Shown: positions 1 through 9,091 of the stretch, piece by piece
How positions within the stretch are numbered: the first letter of the stretch is position 1
Layout of the letters: every line of letters starts with the position of its first letter
Source of the DNA: Nitrosopumilus sp.
GTDB lineage: Archaea; Thermoproteota; Nitrososphaeria; Nitrososphaerales; Nitrosopumilaceae
Length of the DNA: 64,000 nt
NCBI GenBank assembly: GCA_965218785.1
Contig: OZ244650.1
Span: forward strand, 160,001-224,000
Direction: 5' to 3'
Program-made: the position numbers and the translations under genes
The notes under the pieces: generated by a model
What the model saw: the letters and a program-made list of their open reading frames with translations, nothing else
Told to the model about the DNA's origin: nothing
The model's database searches: none

Positions 1-1
1 A

Positions 2-1276
2 TTCGTGGGGGATTTTGGGGATTCTGGAAACATCTTTGTGCTAAAGGGATCACAATGGAGAATACTAAGCGTTGATGAAAAATCATTCTTCGTAAATGTT
101 GAACCATTCAGGGGCGGTGGAACCACCGTTCCATACTGGGAGGGGGAAAGCATTCCCATTGATTATAAAACCGCAAAAAAGGTGGGAAATTTTCGTACCA
201 GGGTTGGCAACGGCTCGCTTGAACTGACAAACAAAGTTATTGAAAAATTCACCTGTGCCCAAATTCCTGATGAGGACAACGTTGTAATTGAATCAAGCAA
301 GACACAGGGGTCAATCGTGATTCATTCGTGTTTTGGCACGAAGATTAATGCCACACTATCCACACTGCTCTCATCGATGCTCTCATCGATGCTGGGATCC
401 GTCGTTGATTCCCGTTCAGACGGATACAGAATCGTCCTGTCATCTAGATCACGGATTTCAGAAAAACTTTTTCTTGAAATTATAAATGATGATTACCAGC
501 TGCATTCAATCGTAACTGCATCCCTGGCAGGAACCCATAATGTCAACTGGAGAACCTGGTGTGTTGCCAAAAAATTCGGCATAGTGGGACGCGGATCAGT
601 CTACGAAAGAAAGTCTGCCCGGTTTTTGTATGAGAGATATTCCAAAACCGCGCTTGTACACGAGGCATTACGTGAGTTATTTCATGATAAATATGATCTG
701 AAAAATTCCGATATGGTTCTAAAAAAGATACATGACGGGCAGATTCAGATAAGATGGTTCGAAGTCTCCAAATTCTCAAAATTGGCAGAGCCAATCCTGG
801 ATCATACGGCAAAGTATTACTCGTCTCCTGCGAATCTTGACAAAGGAATCCTTGATCTTGTAAAGGCAAGACTTCAAAAAACAAAACACCGCCTGGTGTG
901 TGCCAGATGTGGAAAATGGGAGCGTGTCATGGAAACATCCGAGGTAAAAGGCGTCCTGACATGTCCGTATTGCAAGGGAAGACAGATTACTGCGACGTTT
1001 TATTCTGATTATGATTTACCCAAGATAATACGGAAAAAACACGAGGGAGAAAGGCTATCTGCTGATGAACAGCACAAGTTTAATCGTGCCTGGAAGGTCT
1101 CCTCGCTGGTGGAAAATTTTGGCAAAACTGCCATTATTGTAATGTCCGGGTATGGAGTTGGCGCAGATACGGCAGCAAGAATCCTGAGAAATATGATAGA
1201 TGAGGAACATATCTTCAGGCAGATCTACGAGGCAGAAAGACAGTACATCGTAACAAGGGGTTTTTGGGATTCCTAG
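2..1276 (+). CDS. lhr: Lhr-like DEAD/H-box helicase, C-terminal part (5' truncated by window edge)
   Basis: Frame open to window start; Lhr-type motifs VPYWEGE and IVIHSCFGTKINATL; C-terminal CxxC...CPxC zinc ribbon and GVGADTAARIL HhH-like motif of archaeal Lhr. Confidence 0.85.
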   Translation, partial: FVGDFGDSGNIFVLKGSQWRILSVDEKSFFVNVEPFRGGGTTVPYWEGESIPIDYKTAKKVGNFRTRVGNGSLELTNKVIEKFTCAQIPDEDNVVIESSKTQGSIVIHSCFGTKINATLSTLLSSMLSSMLGSVVDSRSDGYRIVLSSRSRISEKLFLEIINDDYQLHSIVTASLAGTHNVNWRTWCVAKKFGIVGRGSVYERKSARFLYERYSKTALVHEALRELFHDKYDLKNSDMVLKKIHDGQIQIRWFEVSKFSKLAEPILDHTAKYYSSPANLDKGILDLVKARLQKTKHRLVCARCGKWERVMETSEVKGVLTCPYCKGRQITATFYSDYDLPKIIRKKHEGERLSADEQHKFNRAWKVSSLVENFGKTAIIVMSGYGVGADTAARILRNMIDEEHIFRQIYEAERQYIVTRGFWDS

Positions 1277-2670
1277 TTCTTTTTTGATATTTTAGAAAAC
1301 GGTGTCAAAACCAGTTCCACCCTGCCTTCAAGTCCCGCTTTTGCATTTAGTCCAGTTATTGAAACAATCTCCCCCAGCTCACAACTGCCAGTCAGTCTTG
1401 CCTGGTTTCTCCAGCCCTTTATCCAAATCTGTCCGGTATCGTCTTCGACGAACATTTCTGATAATGAGACTGACTCTCCTGTCTTGGTCTGAATCTCGCG
1501 TATTTCAGGGACTTTTAATATTATGGCCTCGATGCAGTAGCTTTGATCAACTTTGACATCATTGATCTTTGTTCTAATTTGGGACAGTGATGGAACCGTT
1601 TCGTCATTATCTAGTTTTCTTACAAAAGAATTCTCATCTAGTGTGACCGAGTTTCCGTAGATTTTTGACGGCATGCATTCTATTAGATCCCCCTCGGCGC
1701 AGCTGCTAGTTAAATTTGACAAATCATTAATGTTGTATAGTCTCCTTTTACCGTCAACTACCAGGATCTTGCTTTTGCCATCTTCAGTATGCGAGACTGA
1801 AAGAATTCTTGCAATTACGGGTTCTGCCTCCTGACTTCCCTCAATTTCTATTATCGTGGCATCATTGCCATGAATTTCCAATCCCTGGTTTCCGGACTTT
1901 ATCCTGACGCCAAGCAGTCTTACCTTGGCTGACTGTGAAATCATGTTGGGAATGGAGGATTCGTCTTTTCCCCACAGAACAACCCTCATTGCAGTGCCGT
2001 CCTTGCCCTTTAGTCTCATTCTCAGAGCGGTCCCGGGATTGCCGCGAGAGTTTGTAAATTCCATCCCGCTAATCATTCCGTCAATCACGCCTGAAAGCAC
2101 GAGATCCTTGTCTCCCTCTTTTAACTCGCTGGCATCTTTTGTAATTGTATCAATGGATGGAATTTCACTTGGCGTATCTGCGGTTTCAATGTTTGATCCA
2201 GAACCAATGTTGATTGTAGGTGATCCGTCAAGATCTGATTTTACATAAGCCTTTATGATTTTGATCAGGTCACCGGGTTTTAGATTCTCAATACCTGGAA
2301 GATTTGCCTTTTCATCCCACAGCTTTACACTTGCAGTGGAATTTGTATCATATACGGTCATGGTTCTAAGATAAAACGGGGATCCGTCTTTTCTTGAAAA
2401 CTGTTTTGCCGGAGACAGGTTCAAAACCCTGGTCTCCAATGAAATCTCCTTTGCTCCTGCATAAAGATCCTTTAGACTCATCTCTATTTTCAGCGGTTCT
2501 GAGAGGCTGGCCCCGCAGTCAGATGCTATCAGGAATATGGCCCCCTGATCAGTCAGATATCCGGCGCCGATTTTTTCTTTCTTTTGCTTAATTTGCTCCT
2601 GTATGCTCTCCCTGGTTAATTCAGGTTTTTGTTCAAGTAGTTTGTTAATCAGATTTTCTAATTCAGACAT
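1273..2670 (-). CDS. rpa: Replication protein A / multi-OB-fold ssDNA-binding protein
   Basis: Repeated OB-fold signatures: KQFSRKDGS...VYDTNSTASVKLWDE, EFTNSRG...RVVLWG, REIQTKTGE...VEDDTGQIWIKGW. Confidence 0.85.
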   Translation of the reverse strand: MSELENLINKLLEQKPELTRESIQEQIKQKKEKIGAGYLTDQGAIFLIASDCGASLSEPLKIEMSLKDLYAGAKEISLETRVLNLSPAKQFSRKDGSPFYLRTMTVYDTNSTASVKLWDEKANLPGIENLKPGDLIKIIKAYVKSDLDGSPTINIGSGSNIETADTPSEIPSIDTITKDASELKEGDKDLVLSGVIDGMISGMEFTNSRGNPGTALRMRLKGKDGTAMRVVLWGKDESSIPNMISQSAKVRLLGVRIKSGNQGLEIHGNDATIIEIEGSQEAEPVIARILSVSHTEDGKSKILVVDGKRRLYNINDLSNLTSSCAEGDLIECMPSKIYGNSVTLDENSFVRKLDNDETVPSLSQIRTKINDVKVDQSYCIEAIILKVPEIREIQTKTGESVSLSEMFVEDDTGQIWIKGWRNQARLTGSCELGEIVSITGLNAKAGLEGRVELVLTPFSKISKKN

Positions 2671-2783
2671 TCACAACTACTAAATCTACTCTATTAATAA
2701 AAATTTCATCTGCTGGCAAAACCCGTTTTTAATGACTATGATCGCTTCATTAACTAAATTAATAGGCAGATCGCAGTTTTGTC

Positions 2784-3722
2784 GTGTCCTGTATTAGCGC
2801 CAGCCATCTTTCAAAATTGTATGGCTCGACCAAGGCCGTAGATGATCTTCAATTATCAGTCAAACCGGGCCAGGTTTTCGGGTTTTTAGGCCCAAATGGG
2901 GCAGGAAAATCCACCACCATCAAATTATTAACAACGTTAATCCCACCCTCAAACGGCTCTCTTACCATTTTGGGCATTGATGCTGTGGCAAATCCCATCC
3001 GGGTTCGCCACAAGATAGGAGTCGTCTTACAGCAGCCCAGTTACGAACCAACGCTCTCTGTTGAAAAATCCCTTGATAAATACGGGATGATGTGGAATGT
3101 GCCCAGAATCGAACGTAAAAAAAGAACGGAACAGCTTCTCAAGGACTTTGATCTAGTTGAAATCCGCAAGACAAGAAACGAGGATCTATCTATTGGCCAA
3201 CGAAGAAGGGTCCAGGTTGCACGTGAATTCATGCATGATATGGAATTACTGTTTTTAGACGAGCCGACTGTGGGTCTGGATCCCGCCGCTAGAAGAAAGT
3301 TGTTGGATTATTTAAAAAACAAGGTAAGAACAGGCCTGACAATTTTTTACACAACACACATTCTAACTGAGGCCGAGTATCTATGTGATGAGATAGCAAT
3401 AATTGACAAAGGCAGGATTCTTACCGTGGACTCTCCGGATGCATTAAAAAACAGATTTGGAAAAGAAAAAACCATCAAAATTCATTTATTGGAAAAACAC
3501 TCTAGAATTACCTCTTTGTTATCTGGTATTATTGACTGTAAAATTGATTTTGAAACTGGAACAAACATAGTTATTCGTTCAGAACAATCCGAGCTGGTGC
3601 TGTTAAAAATATTAAAGATACTAAACGAGAATAAAATCGATATTGAAGATCTCTCGGCAGTACCAACAAACCTTGAAGAGATATTTTTGAACATGGTAAG
3701 AGAAAATGCATCCAATAATTAG
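2784..3722 (+). CDS. ABC exporter ATP-binding subunit (DrrA-like)
   Basis: Walker A GPNGAGKST, signature LSIGQ, Walker B LLFLDEP, H-loop TTH. Confidence 0.93.
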   Translation: MSCISASHLSKLYGSTKAVDDLQLSVKPGQVFGFLGPNGAGKSTTIKLLTTLIPPSNGSLTILGIDAVANPIRVRHKIGVVLQQPSYEPTLSVEKSLDKYGMMWNVPRIERKKRTEQLLKDFDLVEIRKTRNEDLSIGQRRRVQVAREFMHDMELLFLDEPTVGLDPAARRKLLDYLKNKVRTGLTIFYTTHILTEAEYLCDEIAIIDKGRILTVDSPDALKNRFGKEKTIKIHLLEKHSRITSLLSGIIDCKIDFETGTNIVIRSEQSELVLLKILKILNENKIDIEDLSAVPTNLEEIFLNMVRENASNN

Positions 3723-4467
3723 ACTTGTTAATAGAAATCTTACGATCTCCCTTAATCCGGGATTTTTAATTTGGCAGGTAATATTCCCCCTGATCTATAT
3801 TTTTGTAGCCGGGTTTGCATATGCGCCGCTGATTAATGCGGTTCCATTTGGAGGCAAGGATCTTGATTATCCCGCATTTTTGGCATCTGGCATGATCGGA
3901 TTTAACATAATGAACAGCACGCTGATCTCCGGTATCATCATCTGGAATGACAGAAAGCATGGGATGTTTGAGCAGATCATGTCAGGACCATTTACCCGGA
4001 GTCACTATATTCTGAGTAATATCTGCACCATTGGAATAATCGGCCTGGTCAGTGCCGGACTAATAGCAGTAGTCGGGTATCCGGTATTTTTTGAATCAGT
4101 AGAGTTCTCACTTGTTACAATCCCCATAATTATTTTTGGTGCAATCACCGGTTCGGTACTTTTTGGTTCACTGGCATCAATTATCTCAACTAGGCTGCGC
4201 TCAAGCGAGGGATTTAACGTAATTATTAATACGGTCTTTTTGTTCTTTGCCTTTGTTAGTACCGCATTTTATCCTGCTGATGGCGCCCCAGAACCACTGC
4301 GGACCGCGTTTTATCTGAATCCATTGACATATCTTGTAGATGTAATCAGGGCAGGAATTTTTGGAACCATCAACGAGTTTGTAATTATTGAAATGGTGAT
4401 ACTAGTGGCAATCGCATCAGCATTGTTTGTTATTGCCTCACGACTACTTACAAAATTAGATTTCTAG
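3706..4467 (+). CDS. ABC-2 type transporter permease
   Basis: About six hydrophobic segments, FYP...YLNPLTYLVDVIR ABC-2 motif, overlaps the ATPase gene. Confidence 0.9.
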   Translation: MHPIIRLVNRNLTISLNPGFLIWQVIFPLIYIFVAGFAYAPLINAVPFGGKDLDYPAFLASGMIGFNIMNSTLISGIIIWNDRKHGMFEQIMSGPFTRSHYILSNICTIGIIGLVSAGLIAVVGYPVFFESVEFSLVTIPIIIFGAITGSVLFGSLASIISTRLRSSEGFNVIINTVFLFFAFVSTAFYPADGAPEPLRTAFYLNPLTYLVDVIRAGIFGTINEFVIIEMVILVAIASALFVIASRLLTKLDF

Positions 4468-4468
4468 G

Positions 4469-5851
4469 TTATTTTACAGATGTGCCGATTCCCTTGAAAA
4501 TTAATCCTGCATCCCTGACTGCATCAGATGATAATTTGCCCCTGGCATCAATTATTATTCCAGAGGGTTTCATCAGATTTTTCAACATGTTGAAATCCAT
4601 TTTTAAAAATTCATCATGATCCGTACCTAAAACCACCACGTCACAACCAGTAGCAAGGTTTTCAATGCTCTCTTCGATTTTTATTGATAGAAACTCTTTT
4701 TTGATGAAATAAGGATCAAAAATCTTTATTTTGAAGTTTTCCTGTCCTAGTTTTTTAACGACATCTTTGATTGGAGTCAGTTGAACATCCCCCACATTTG
4801 GTTTGTATGAGATTCCCAGAATCCCGACTGTGATATCTTCGGATTTTTTATCAATCTCTTTTAGCGAATCCCTGACTAGTTTTATCACGTATTCTGGCAT
4901 TTCAGAGTTTATCTTTCTTGCAACCCTGACTAGTTGAAGAATATTTTCTGACTCGGGTGCATCTAGCAACTGATAGGGATTTACCGGAAGACACGGACCG
5001 CCGACTCCCGGACCTGGAAAATGCGGTATAAAGTTATATTTTGTGTTACAACCCGCAATTAACTCATTTACGTCTATTCCAATTCTATCGCAAAAAACCG
5101 CAATCTCATTGATAAATGCCACGTTTACATCCCTGAAAACATTTTCAACCACCTTGACTGCATTTGCAGTCTTGCAATTTTTTACACGTACTACATCAAT
5201 TTTAAAGACGGACTCGTACAGATGTGACGCAAAATTTGTACATTTCTCATTGATTCCTCCCACCACCCTTGGAATTTTGCTAAAATCCGTTAATATTGTG
5301 GATGGATTTGCACGCTCCGGACAGCTTGCAACTCCAAAATCCTTTCCGGATGTAAGACTGCTTTCTTTTTCCAATATTGGAATAACTTTATCCTCAATTA
5401 TTCCCGGTCCAACCGTGCTCTCAATTATTATCAGCGAGTTTCTTTTCATAATTTTTGCAATTTCAGAGCATCCCTCCAACAAAAACTGATAATTGGTTTT
5501 TTTGGTATCCTCTTTTAACGGAGTCGGCAGGCAGACGATAACTATGTCTGCACCCGCAACTGATTCGTCAATTTTTGTCGTGGCTGAAAATTTTTTCTTT
5601 TCTAGTACTTTGTGCAGTGCCTCCTGTAATCCGGGTTCATCGTTTACTCTTAGCTTTCCCAAATTTGCAAATTCGACAATTTCCTGGTTAATATCCATGC
5701 CGATAGTTGGTAAATCAGATCTTGCCATAGCTACGGCAGTAGGCAGGCCGATTCTTCCCAGCCCGATAACGGAAATTTTGACGTCTTTTTTTTGAATTTT
5801 TTTTACATATTCTTTGATATCCAAATCCAAAATTCCTTTATTTTCAGGCAA
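4469..5851 (-). CDS. wecC: Nucleotide-sugar dehydrogenase (UDP-N-acetyl-D-mannosamine/WecC-like); probable TTG start at 5851
   Basis: GLGRIG Rossmann motif, LPTP, IESTVGPG, CPER, ENVFRDVNVAF, catalytic PGVGGPC, GISYKPNVGD. Confidence 0.88.
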   Translation of the reverse strand: MPENKGILDLDIKEYVKKIQKKDVKISVIGLGRIGLPTAVAMARSDLPTIGMDINQEIVEFANLGKLRVNDEPGLQEALHKVLEKKKFSATTKIDESVAGADIVIVCLPTPLKEDTKKTNYQFLLEGCSEIAKIMKRNSLIIIESTVGPGIIEDKVIPILEKESSLTSGKDFGVASCPERANPSTILTDFSKIPRVVGGINEKCTNFASHLYESVFKIDVVRVKNCKTANAVKVVENVFRDVNVAFINEIAVFCDRIGIDVNELIAGCNTKYNFIPHFPGPGVGGPCLPVNPYQLLDAPESENILQLVRVARKINSEMPEYVIKLVRDSLKEIDKKSEDITVGILGISYKPNVGDVQLTPIKDVVKKLGQENFKIKIFDPYFIKKEFLSIKIEESIENLATGCDVVVLGTDHDEFLKMDFNMLKNLMKPSGIIIDARGKLSSDAVRDAGLIFKGIGTSVK

Positions 5852-6140
5852 TATCCTGACTAATGATGAAATTAATATTAAGTTATCATTGGATTTTACT
5901 AATTCCAAATTTTATCTGATAAATAATTTCCAAGCAAGACGTTTTAATCCTGATTTTGTGTCAGTTGCATGTAGATGCAGACAATTCGATATCTTCTTGA
6001 TAATAACAGTCTGCAGCATGTTTTTCAATACCTTTCCTGGATTACGACATCGGAATTCCTAATATTATATGCCATCCAATCAAAGCACAGACAGGCATCT
6101 TTGATTAAATAACCCCTCAATTTTTAATTTTTCAAAAAAG

Positions 6141-6213
6141 TAGCCCGGCCCAGACTCGAACTGGGGTCAAAGGCTTCAAAGGCCTCTATGCTTGACCGCT
6201 ACACTACCGGGCT
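6141..6213 (-). tRNA. tRNA-Gln(TTG)
   Basis: Reverse complement AGCCCGGTAGTGTAGCGGTCAAGCATAGAGGCCTTTGAAGCCTTTGACCCCAGTTCGAGTCTGGGCCGGGCTA folds as a cloverleaf; anticodon loop CT-TTG-AA; A1:U72 pair; no encoded CCA. Confidence 0.96.
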
Positions 6214-6247
6214 GCCTAAACTTTCTGTTTTAATTTCCCTTAAAATG

Positions 6248-7282
6248 TTATTCATTATACATCATATCTAAAACCGATTCAAGTTTTTTTATTGGATTCT
6301 CCATGCTTTTGAATTCTTTTTTTGCACGATTCTTTAGCGTATCTGACTTGTCATTTAAAATCCGCAGGATCTGTTTGTCTAACTGACTGACTTTGTCAAT
6401 TCTTCTCACCAGTTTTTTCCTCACCAGATATTCTTCTGTGATGTTTGGAACTGCATTATATGACAATGTTGGAATTCCCCTAAGAGCTGATTCGGTAGTC
6501 ATAGTACCTCCCGAACCTACAAAGACATCCGTCATTTCTAAAATTTCACCGCTGTCAACTGGTTTTTTTAATACTATGATACGCCGGTTCAAATTTTTTG
6601 CCAGTCGATTTATCTCATCAGAATACCTTCCCAGAACTATGACGTTTGCATTTTTAATGGTTGCAAGTTTCTTGATTATCTTTACCATATCTATCGTTTT
6701 TTTTGTGTATGATGCATTTGATTCGTAAGTTCTAAACAAGATGTTTTTTCCCTTTTTCCTTATCTGGGGAACCGTATTCTTTTTTGGTTTTTGGGATATT
6801 ATCAAGGCGGCATCTATTGCCTTGTAGGTAATGACGTTTTTTGGCAGTATTCCGTATCTGGTAAATTCCTTTTTTGGGATTATCCAGGGAATCAATAATT
6901 TTTGAATTAATGGTACGGTTAGTCTCAGAGCAGCTTCTGAATGAGGCGCATCACAAAATGCCACGTGTTTAATCTGCAATCCGTGTGAAATTCTTGCAGC
7001 ATCAGGCGAGCACTGACTAACTATTACGTCTGGTTTAAAATGCTTGATAATCGGCATTAGATCTTTTATTCTATTCAGACTTGCCTCTAATTTTGCCGAG
7101 TTATTACCTCCACCATGTCTTCCAATGGTTTGCGCCTTTAGCTTTCGAATCTTTGCCAAGTGATCTACTTCCCGATATTTTCTAGTGGTACATAGAATCT
7201 TGTGTTTTCTGCCCAAATCCTTTGCCATTGGCTGAAAAAACAATAATTGTTTAGGAGTAAGGATGTCCATCCATATTTTCAA
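6248..7282 (-). CDS. DUF354-family GT-B-like protein; probable TTG start at 7282
   Basis: KIWMDILTPKQ N-terminus, GRHGG and GSGGTMTTESALRGIP motifs typical of archaeal DUF354. Confidence 0.8.
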   Translation of the reverse strand: MKIWMDILTPKQLLFFQPMAKDLGRKHKILCTTRKYREVDHLAKIRKLKAQTIGRHGGGNNSAKLEASLNRIKDLMPIIKHFKPDVIVSQCSPDAARISHGLQIKHVAFCDAPHSEAALRLTVPLIQKLLIPWIIPKKEFTRYGILPKNVITYKAIDAALIISQKPKKNTVPQIRKKGKNILFRTYESNASYTKKTIDMVKIIKKLATIKNANVIVLGRYSDEINRLAKNLNRRIIVLKKPVDSGEILEMTDVFVGSGGTMTTESALRGIPTLSYNAVPNITEEYLVRKKLVRRIDKVSQLDKQILRILNDKSDTLKNRAKKEFKSMENPIKKLESVLDMMYNE

Positions 7283-7343
7283 TATTTTCCTTGATTTTAT
7301 CCGGTTCAATAAGTTTTTCTTAGTCTATTACACGCTGTATTGT

Positions 7344-8483
7344 ATGGCTGGAGCAAAAGTTGTCGTTTATGGTCTTAGTACAGAAGGATACGCAATTGCC
7401 TCACAAATGGCACTCAAGGGAGCCGATGTCTACATAATAGATGAATCAACCCCCTCGGCAATCTCACTTAAAGCTGAAATCGCCAAAACCTACCCAAACG
7501 TGGCCTCACTAAAAGAGGATGAACCCCTGCTGGCAATGGAACCCATTGACGTGGCCATCTCCAAGGCGCAATATCTTTTCTTTACTCCAAGAATTAGAAA
7601 AACAGGACAGGACATCAAAACTGAAATTCATTCCAAATTCAAGGATGCCACTAAATCATTGAGGAAAAACAGTTCGGTAATCTTTACTCTTCCAACAGGA
7701 TTTGGCGGCAATAATGAAAATATCTCGCTATTAGAACATGTGACAGGCCTGCAGGTCGGAAAGTATATTTCATATTTTTATTATCCGTTGGAGGATCTAA
7801 ATCAACAACCCAAGATTATTGGTTCTTTTGATGGAAAAGATGACCCCAAATTATCCGAACTGCTCACTACGGGTAAAAACGTGAAAAAATTTGTCGCAAT
7901 TTCATCATCAGAACATTTTCATGCTATTAACATCCTGTCCCGTTTTTCCAGCCTGTGCAGTGTTCTAGAGGTCTGTAAATACGCACAAGATGAAGTCACT
8001 AAAAATGATCTGTCTTCAGATGATTTTCAGCAGATATTTCTTGATAATATGGTTAGCGGGTTGTTTGATCTAAACTCCCTGAGATCCTCCTTTGAGGGCA
8101 CCAATACACTCATGTATCTAATTAATGGAAGTGCAAAAGGCATTGACGGATACGTCAAAAGACTGATTGATGAAATTCGAACGACACTAAAGAAAAATGA
8201 TCTCAAAGCCAGCAGGACAAAAATTGCATTATCCTGGACACTTGATCATCATGCAATGCGCGGGGATAAAATCGAGATGCTCAAAACTTTAACTTCCAAA
8301 CTGCGTGATTACATTGGTGATGTAGAAGCTTATGAAGATCCAAACTTTGATCTTTTTCATAGTGATAAAACTACAATAGTTGTTGCATGTTCAAAAACTG
8401 ATTTTGAATATATTGAAAAGACCAAGCAGAGTTCGAATTTAATTACGATAAAAGCAAATCCCTTGTGTGAAATCATTCAATAA
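7344..8483 (+). CDS. Degenerate nucleotide-sugar-dehydrogenase-like protein (start at ATG 7344)
   Basis: N-terminal Rossmann-like KVVVYGLSTEG...VYIIDE and overall UDPG/MGDP-DH-like layout; catalytic GGxC motif absent. Confidence 0.6.
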   Translation: MAGAKVVVYGLSTEGYAIASQMALKGADVYIIDESTPSAISLKAEIAKTYPNVASLKEDEPLLAMEPIDVAISKAQYLFFTPRIRKTGQDIKTEIHSKFKDATKSLRKNSSVIFTLPTGFGGNNENISLLEHVTGLQVGKYISYFYYPLEDLNQQPKIIGSFDGKDDPKLSELLTTGKNVKKFVAISSSEHFHAINILSRFSSLCSVLEVCKYAQDEVTKNDLSSDDFQQIFLDNMVSGLFDLNSLRSSFEGTNTLMYLINGSAKGIDGYVKRLIDEIRTTLKKNDLKASRTKIALSWTLDHHAMRGDKIEMLKTLTSKLRDYIGDVEAYEDPNFDLFHSDKTTIVVACSKTDFEYIEKTKQSSNLITIKANPLCEIIQ

Positions 8484-8518
8484 CGATTTAAATTAGCTAA
8501 ATTATAATTTACTTTGAT

Positions 8519-9091
8519 TTGTCAACTGAAAACAATTCCGATGAGGTTCCCGTTGATGTTATATCTGAAGACGCATCTGAACCTGATGATTCTCCGGCAG
8601 AATCAAACTCTGTGGGGATAGACATCGAGGAACTATCAAACTTGTTGGAACTAGAAAAGCATAAAGTGGCAGAGCATGAAGAAAAATTAAAACATGTTCT
8701 GGCAGACTTTCAAAATCTTGATCGAAAAACCCAATCTGATATAGAAAAAGGCGTTAATGCCAAAGTTGATGAATTTGCATTGGATTTTTTGAAAATATAC
8801 GATGATTTTATTAGAGCAAAGCAGGTTTTTTCCGAAAATAAAATAAATACCGACGGTCTAGATTCAATTTTAAAAAACATGGATTCACTGTTGAAAAAAT
8901 ATAATATTGTTCCAATTGACGCGCTGGGAGAAATCTTTGATCCGAACTATCACGAGGCCATATCCATTGTTTCTGATTCAGGGTTGGATGATAGTACAAT
9001 CGTCAAAGAGATCAGGAAAGGATATATCTCTCACGAGAGGGTTATAAGACCCACACTAGTAGAAATCTCAAAAAAGGATGATAAAATATGA
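8519..9091 (+). CDS. grpE: Nucleotide exchange factor GrpE
   Basis: [16 protein letters not shown]...RVIRPTLV motifs; first gene of grpE-dnaK-dnaJ. Confidence 0.95.
   Translation: MSTENNSDEVPVDVISEDASEPDDSPAESNSVGIDIEELSNLLELEKHKVAEHEEKLKHVLADFQNLDRKTQSDIEKGVNAKVDEFALDFLKIYDDFIRAKQVFSENKINTDGLDSILKNMDSLLKKYNIVPIDALGEIFDPNYHEAISIVSDSGLDDSTIVKEIRKGYISHERVIRPTLVEISKKDDKI

Noticed and set aside
5909-6120. ncRNA or small gene between wecC and tRNA-Gln
   Set aside because: Only a 7-bp hairpin (ATCAAAG...CTTTGAT) is seen, with no convincing ORF or conserved RNA motif.
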